The notes beneath the pieces are model-generated. The model searched no databases. It had not been told where the DNA came from and saw only the letters and a program-made list of their open reading frames with translations. DNA of 64,000 nucleotides from an uncultured Planctomycetota bacterium (lineage in GTDB: Bacteria > Planctomycetota > Planctomycetia > Isosphaerales > Isosphaeraceae), in NCBI GenBank assembly GCA_963845755.1, contig CAWJTV010000042.1, forward strand, positions 320,001 to 384,000. The letters are read 5' to 3'. Shown piece by piece: positions 56,896 through 64,000 of this stretch; position 1 is the stretch's first letter, and every line of letters starts with the position of its first letter. Made by a program: the position numbers and the translations under genes.

Positions 56896-57072
56896 GTGCG
56901 GACAATGCGCTACGTCATGGTCGCCGCCATCTTCTCGGCTTTCTTCCTCGCTGGCTGTGGCGACAGCGAGCAACCCACAAAGGTTGATACGACCCCGAAG
57001 GCCCCGCCTACCGAGTTCAAGGGGATGCTGGACGATCAGATGAAGAATGCTAAGATCAAGGGGAAGCCCTAG
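56896..57072 (+). CDS. small lipoprotein
   Basis: AAGGAG RBS then GTG; lipobox FLAG-C; PTEFKGMLDDQMKNAK. Confidence 0.75.
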   Translation: MRTMRYVMVAAIFSAFFLAGCGDSEQPTKVDTTPKAPPTEFKGMLDDQMKNAKIKGKP

Positions 57073-57299
57073 CGGAAACCGGCCGCGCCGGAGGAACCGG
57101 CTGAGAAGTCCGGGACCTCCGGGGTCGGCCCCAGCCCGGCACCGCCGGCCCATCAGCGAGCGGGACGGATCGAGAGTATCAAAATCGAGATCGGTCCTCA
57201 AAGTGAGGGCCTTCCTCTGGCGGCCGGGATGCCCTCACGAGCACAAGATCCATTCATTTCGAGCCAGTGCCCACGGGACGCCGACGTGTTGAGGTCAGG

Positions 57300-60271
57300 A
57301 TGGTTCGATCCCGGATTGCTGCCGGCATCGCCATCGGCCTGCTGACGGCGGTCCTCGGCTGGATCGCCTGGCTGCTGGTCGGCCGTTGGCAAGTCCGCGA
57401 GGGCGTCGGCTTGGCCACGCGGCGGATGGACGCGAAGCAATACGCGCCGGCACGCGACCGGTTGGCGTGGCTCTCCGCCTGGTGGCCGCGGCAAGGGGAT
57501 GTTGAATATCTCCTCGGGGCATGCGAGGCGGAACTGGGACATGTAGAGGCGGCCCTGGCGGCCTGGGGCCGCGTGCCCCCGGGCTCGCCGCGAGCTGCCG
57601 TGACGAACCTCGCCGAAGGCCGGCTGCTCGTCCGCGCGCTGGGACGGATGGCGGACGCCGAGGGCTGCTACCGCGCGGCGGTGCGCGGCACCAGTCGCAC
57701 CGCTATCGAGGCCCGCTGGGCACTCGCCGAGCTACTCCTCTGGGAAGGGCGGCTCGTTGAGATGCGCCGGCTACTCCGCGAGATCGGACGAGCCGGCCCG
57801 CCGCGCGACCGGATCGCGGCGCTCCGCGAGCACTGGCGGGTTCGACTCGGTGATCGTCGCTGCCGAGGAGCTCCAGCCGTTCCTCGACCGGGCCGGGCGG
57901 ACCGCGCCCAACGACGAGCGCGTCTGGCTGGCGCGGGCGTATCTCGCCACGCGTTACGGCCGATACGCCGAGGCGCGCGACTGGCTGGACCGTTGCCGGG
58001 GCCGCCAGCCCGACGATCCGTTCCTTCCCCGCGCCCGGCTCGAGTGGGCGATGGCGGCCGGTGAGCCGAAGGAGGCGCGCGAGGCGCTGGCCGAAATCGC
58101 GCCCGAGACCGTCGATGCGACCGAACGATGGTCGCTCCACGCCTGGTTCGCCGCGCGACACCCCGACGCCAAGTTGGAGCGATCGGCCCTGGAGAATCTG
58201 ATCGCGCTCGAGCCAGGCAATACCCCGGCGCTCGATCGCCTGGCGACCCTGGCGCTCCAGGCTGGTGATCCCAACAGCGCCGCGGTGCTCCGCCGCCGCC
58301 AGGAGGAGGCCCTCCGCGACAAGGAGCGTTATCGCCGGCTCCTGATCGCAGACCCCGACCCGATCCCCGTTGACGAGTTGCACGAGTGCGCCCGACTGGC
58401 CGAGCGCCTGGGGCGCTGGTTCGAGGCGCAGGGCTGGCTGATCCTGGCGCTGGAACGCAACTCCGCCGACCAGGCCGCACGCGATTCACTCGATCGGCTC
58501 AGCCATCGCGACCGCTCTCCAGCCCTCCCTGCTCTGTCCTGGGCGTCGCTACTCGACCTGCCGGCAGGCCCCGATGACCGGACGGCTGTCGCCATGAACA
58601 CGGGGACCTCGACCGCGCCCGGTCCACCCCACGCACAGCGCGCCACCACGATCGCCTTCCGCGACGATGCCAACACCGCCGGGCTCCGCTTCACCTACCA
58701 CAACGACGAGTCGCCGCAACACCAGATCCCCGAGACGATCGGTGGCGGCGTCGCCGTCCTCGACTATGACGGCGACGGCTGGCTCGATGTCTATCTCGTC
58801 CAGGGTGGAACCTTCCCACCCGGGTCCGAGTCTTCCGGGCCCGAGCTGGGCGACCGCCTGTTCCGCAACCGCGGAGACGGGACGTTCGAGGATACGAGCC
58901 AGCGCGCCGGGATCGCGAGGATTGGCCGCGGATATGGCTTCGGCGTGACCAGCTCCGATTACGACAACGACGGCCGGCCCGATCTGTTCGTCACGCGGTT
59001 CGGGTCGTATCTCTTGCTGCACAATCGGGGCGACGGCACGTTCGAGGACGCGACTGCTCACGCCGGATTGGACGGCGGGCGCGACTGGCCGACCTCGGCC
59101 GCCTTCGCCGACCTCGACGGTGACGGCGACCTCGATCTGTATGTCTGCCACTACCTGGCCTGGGATGCGGCGCATCCCACGCTCTGCCGAGGGCCCAGGC
59201 CATCGACTCATTACGTCTCCTGTCTACCGCTCGGATTCCCTGCGATGGCGGACCACCTGTTCCGCAACGACGGCGGCCGGTTCGTCGACGTGACCGCGGC
59301 GTCCGGGATCGTCGACTGCGACGGCCGAGGGCTCGGCGTGGTCGCCGCCGACCTCGACGATGACGGGCGGATCGATCTCTTCGTCGCCAACGACATGACG
59401 GCCAACCTCTTGTTCCACAACCTGGGCGGCCTGCGATTCGAGGAGATCGGCCATCTCGCTGGAGTGGCCTGCAACGCCCAGGGCGGATACCTGGCCGGCA
59501 TGGGCGTCGCCTGCGCCGACCTCGACCGCGACGGCCGGCCCGACCTGGCCGTGACCAACTTCTTTGGAGAGTTCGACGACGTTCTACCACAACCTGGGTC
59601 AGATGATGTTCACCGACGCCAGTTCGGCCGTCGGTCTCAAGGCCCCGAGCCGATTCTTGCTGGGCTTCGGCATCACGTTCCTCGACGTCGACAACGACGG
59701 CGGCCTCGACCTGGCCACGGCCAACGGCCACATCCACGATGTCCGTCCCAATGTCCCCTACGCCATGCCCGCTCAGCTCCTGACCGGCGATCGCGCGGGC
59801 CGATTGACCGACGTCACCGTGCGAAGTGGCGCACCCTGGACCGTCCCACGGATCGGCCGCGGTCTCGCCCGTGCCGACCTCGACAACGACGGCCGAATCG
59901 ACCTGCTCCTCGTCGCGCAGAACTCGCCCCTGTCCTATTTCCACAACCAAACCGAGAGTGCCAATCACTTCGTCACCGTGCGCCTGGAGGGGAATCAATC
60001 TAACCGCGATGCCATCGGCGCCAAGGTGACGATCCTGGCCGGCGGTCAACGTCAGACCGCCTGGCGGCTCGGCGGGGGCAGTTATGCCTCGGCCGAGGAC
60101 CCGTGCATTCAGTTCGGCGTGGACGCATCGCGGACAATCGATGAGATCGAAATCCGATGGCCCTCGGGCCGAGTCGATCGCTTTCGCGATCTGTCCGCCG
60201 ACGCAGGCTACCGGATCCGTGAAGGGGAGCCAAAACCGCAACGGCTTCCCGTCTACGCGAGGCGAGGTTAG
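57300..60271 (+). CDS. TM-TPR protein fused to FG-GAP/CRTAC1 repeats and an ASPIC/UnbV domain (frameshifts ~57840, ~59571)
   Basis: TPR-like half, then ETIGGGVAVLDYDGDGWLD, DYDNDGRPDLFV, RGLARADLDNDG, NRDAIGAKV, GGGSYAS, IRWPSG. Confidence 0.85.
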
Positions 60272-60409
60272 CTCATACCGGAAAGACCTTCACGTGCGCA
60301 GGCAATCAGACGGCGGATCGTGATTCGCGGGCGGGCCAGCCGCATCTCCTACGAATCCTTCATCCGAGGCGTTTGGGATGCGCAATCCTTGCCATCGATC
60401 GAAGAACAC

Positions 60410-62823
60410 TCAAGGTTTCGAGGATGGTAAGGGTGTCCTCGTGACGACCTTGTATTGGTTGACCCCTTCGGTGATCTCGATCGCCTGGTCGGAGGCGATG
60501 TTCCGGAAGGTCTGGGTCGTCTTGCTGGCTGGCCAGGTGACGGTGAGCCGGTCGACAGACTTCGCATCGAGCAATCCGATCGACTCGACGAGGCTGTTGC
60601 CGCCGAAGCTCCCATTATTGCCGATCACGCGGTGGATCGATCGCGAGCCACCGGAGCCCGCCAGGTCGGCCTGGAGCTTGGCGCCGACGCCGCCCGATTG
60701 GTCTTGGTACCGACCAGTTTGACCTTCAGCCAGTGGTGCCCGTGGCCGGGGTTCTGGAACAGCGCGTTATAACCGCGGTCGCCGGGGTATCCGCCGCCGA
60801 GGACGACGAAGAGGTCGAGGTCACCGTCGTCGTCATAGTCGGCGAAGGAGACGCCGTGCCCCTTTTGCAGGTGGCCGGTCCCGGTCGAGTCGGTCACATC
60901 TTCGAAGCGGCCATCGACGTTCGCGTACATCAGGTCCGGGACGAGGCCCGACAGGCTCATCCAGCCCGTGCCGAGATGGAGGTCGAGGTCCCCGTCGTTG
61001 TCGAGATCGCCCGCGTTCAGGGACATGACCGGCATCGGCCGGGCGAGCCCGGCCTTCCGGCTCACTTCGCGGAACCCATCGGGACCGAGATTGTGATAAA
61101 GGTGGGCGTGATCCTCCGAGTGGACGGGCAGGCCGAGGTAATCGGCCACGACCTCGCCGAGGTTGCTGCTGTAGTCGCCGACGAGGATATCGAGCCGGCC
61201 ATCGCTGTCGTAGTCCCAGAACGTGCAGGTGAAGCCGTGGGGCGGCCCGACGACGTCCAGCTCGGGGGCCACGTCGAGGAACGTGCCGTCGCCGCGGTTG
61301 CGATAGAGTCGCGCGGGGCCTTCCATGTTCGAGACGAACAAGTCGAGCCGGCCGTCGTTGTCGTAGTCGCCCCAGGACGATCCTTTCGCCCATCGATCGT
61401 TCTGGACGCCGGCCTGGGCGGCGACGTCGACAAAGGTCCCGTCCCCGCGGTTGTGGTACAGTCGGCTATGATTCCGAGGGTCGGGTTGGGACGAGTGCGC
61501 CTCGCCCGAGTCCGGGCGGAGCCGATACTCACCGCAGACGAACAGGTCGAGCTTGCCGTCGTCGTCGTAATCACCCCAGGCGGCCGCCTCGGTGGCAATC
61601 GGCTCGCCCAGCCCGCTGGCGACGGTCACGTCCTCGAAAACCCCACTCCCCTTGTTCCGCAAGAGCGACAATCGAGCGGGTTTCTCCCAGCCGCCGCGGA
61701 GCAGCAGGACATCGAGCCAACCGTCATTGTCGTAGTCGGCGCGGGTGACGTTCAAGGCATAGACTTGGTCGTTCAGCCCGGCCGCTTCCGTACGGTCCTC
61801 GAACCGGCCATCACCGCGATTGACATAGAGCGTGGCGCCGTGGACGACATCAAAAGAGGACGTGAAGATATCGGGGCGTCCGTCGCCGGTGAAGTCGTCG
61901 AACACGGAGCCGCCGGCCAGGTCGGGCCCGCGTGTGAGCAGGCCGACGCGCAGCGCCACGTTCTCGAATCGCCCCAGGTCGCGCTTCGAATGGAACGGGG
62001 CCACCGGGATACGGTACTGCGCCGGGACGTTCTCGGGATAATCGCCGAGCGTCATCGCGGCGATGTTCAGCAGCCAGCGGACCCGCAGGTCGCCGGGCCA
62101 CTCCTCCAGATACTTCGAGAACCATCCGACCGCTTCGCGCGAGCCCGACGGCTTTGTGTGGACCGCCTCGCGTGCGATCGGGAAGATGCAACTCGAAGGG
62201 CCGACGCAGCCGATGCAATTATCCTGCTCCCCCCGCCGCAGCGCGTTGATGCCCAGCAAGGCCATCATGTGCGCCCGGACCATCGTCGGCACACCCGGCG
62301 TCCGAGCGATCTCCAGGGATCGCTCCAGCCAGGACGTCGCCTCGTCATGGTTACCCTCATAGAGGGCGACGAACGCGAGTTGACGATAGACCCAGAGTGC
62401 CTGCATTGCCTCGTCTTGCGACGGCGATCGGCCGAGGTGGAGGCCCTCCAGCGACTGCCGGAGCTGCGACTTGGCCCGTTCAGCTCGCTGCGCGATCGCA
62501 TCGCGGTATTCGCGCAGCGAGCTCTCGTCCCGGACCTTGTCGGTGAATTGTGCGGTTGCGGCCAGGATGAGCGAGTCGAACGCTTGCGGGTCAACGAACA
62601 CCCGGTCCGACGAACCGGGCGGCGCGGTCGGGTCCGGAAAAGTGGCGAGTGTCGGACTCGGGTACGGCTGCGCCTCCATCGCCGGGGAGACCGCTCGAGA
62701 AGCCGGGGCGCCGGCGTCCGATCCTCCGGCCTCATCCGCTCGCAGCAGCCAGTACGCCAACCCGCCCACGACCGCAACGCACCCTAACCCCGTGAGGATC
62801 AACCGCGGGAAGGACCGCATCAT
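60410..62823 (-). CDS. CRTAC1 / FG-GAP / ASPIC-UnbV protein with N-terminal TM and helical domain (frameshift ~60690)
   Basis: DYDNDG repeats, TGTGHLQKGHGVSFAD, WLKVKLVGTKTNR, NNGSFGGN, VTWP. Confidence 0.87.
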
Positions 62824-63382
62824 TCACCTCGCTCCGGAAAACCAGCAGTAAACCGTCGACTGGATTATCGCATCCCTCCAACTGTTGCGATAGGATCCTC
62901 TCGCGTGGGCCGCCCCGAGCCATTCCCCGCGTGTCATTGGACAAGGGTCTCACGATCGCTCGGAAAATCCACGCTTCGCGGATCGCCGCACGGAGGGGAT
63001 GAAAGTCGGATTTCGAGCCCGAGCTGGGCGATACGGGCGTGCCAGGGGCGGCTACCGAATCGTTCGCCCCGACTGTTCGGAACTGTTCACCCCGACTGCC
63101 CTCGACCTCCCTGATAACAGGTGGAGGAACAGGTGGCGGCGGAAGGAACAGGGGTGTGAATATTTCTGATCACGCGCATATTGAATCATTATATTTATAT
63201 GTATAGTTATACTATCATATTAATCATTCTCTGCAAAAAAAGCCTGAACGGGGAAGTCCAACGTGTCACGGAGGCCCAAGGATCCGGACTCCCGGCCGCT
63301 ACTGCCCGGTCTGTACGAACAGGTCGTTGGACCGACCCCTCGGTGTCGCTTCGAAAGACAGGTCGTTTTCGTCACCCTGCAC

Positions 63383-63453
63383 ACGAGCCCGAAGTACCGG
63401 CGCGTGGATGGATGATCTCCACAGGAATCCACTCGCTTGCGCCTCGGGCTCGT
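63383..63453. repeat. REP-like imperfect inverted repeat (27-bp arms)
   Basis: ACGAGCCCGAAGTACCGGCGCGTGGAT ... ATCCACTCGCTTGCGCCTCGGGCTCGT, 21/27 complementary. Confidence 0.65.
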
Positions 63454-63778
63454 ATCCTTCCGGGTGCGAGGAGAGCCTCGAGAGAACCCTTCGCGTTCAC
63501 CAATCTTGGCCCATGACCGGTGATCTCACTCTCCCATGGCTCTGCAGGTGGCGGTCGCCGATTCGTCGATGATGGGAACCACGCAACTCCTGGAACAAGG
63601 AGCGGTCGTTTCGAATCTCATGATGAAATACTTCCCAGTAAACAGTTTGATCATGCAGGGTCGTCCGTGGTATCCCGGCCCAGCTACTCGATCAAGTCGA
63701 TCTGCCGGCACTCGCGCCGGACCTCTGCCGCCAGCTTGTCGGCACCAGCGGATCAGGGCCGGTCACGACGTCGGTCTC

Positions 63779-64000
63779 TCATCCCAGCAGCCGGTGCACA
63801 TCCTTCAATTTGGCGGCGATGTCGATCTCCTGCAAGCAGGTCGGCAGGCAGTCGCCACAGCCGACGCAGGACGTGCCGTTCCGCGTCAAGGCGGCGTATT
63901 CCTTCCGCGCCCGGTCGAGGTCGTGATAATCCCGGGCATACCGCTCGTACCGGAAGATGTCCGAAATCCCGATGTGTTCGGGGCAACTGGAGACACACTG
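63779..64000 (-). CDS. 3' end of an Fe-S (4Fe-4S) domain protein, probably aldo/keto-reductase-type (partial)
   Basis: Minus frame not in the ORF track: CVSSCP..IGISDIFRYERY...CVGCGDCLPTC.QEIDIAAKLKDVHRLLG*. Confidence 0.7.
   Translation of the reverse strand, partial: QCVSSCPEHIGISDIFRYERYARDYHDLDRARKEYAALTRNGTSCVGCGDCLPTCLQEIDIAAKLKDVHRLLG

Noticed and set aside
60733..62787. Long antisense ORFs (e.g. 60733-62787, 48968-50392, 36800-38188, 7981-9477)
   Set aside because: Shadow ORFs opposite well-supported genes, expected from high-GC codon bias; no recognisable motifs.
57300..62823. ASPIC/UnbV genes as evidence of an enediyne biosynthetic cluster
   Set aside because: No PKS, thioesterase or other biosynthetic genes in the window; the domain is widespread in planctomycetes.

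Overview
A 64 kb high-GC bacterial window with strong Planctomycetota (Isosphaeraceae/Singulisphaera-like) hallmarks: four DUF1559 genes, a membrane-anchored ECF sigma factor, a Ser/Thr kinase-WD40 gene, ASPIC/UnbV-CRTAC1 proteins and an 'LEDRRLMS' extracellular leader. It is accessory, envelope-oriented DNA rich in tandem duplications: M28 peptidase x2, GntR-SPFH x2, short DUF1559 x2, and a DUF1559-lipoprotein-TPR module x2. It also carries an ISAs1 element, a subclass B3 metallo-beta-lactamase, a xylFGH-like ABC operon split by a kinase gene, a ~8.4 kb adhesin-S53 protease gene, an ada/alkA-ogt repair locus, decayed toxin-antitoxin genes and lpdA. About 30 apparent single-base indels split otherwise intact genes. 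I treat them as long-read consensus errors and report the genes as joined; many fall at GCGC. The best candidate for an undescribed system is the repeated prepilin-like DUF1559 + small lipoprotein + membrane-anchored TPR(+/-ASPIC/UnbV) module at 51-63 kb. I saw no rRNA, tRNA or CRISPR. Family assignments come from motif recognition by eye, not database searches.
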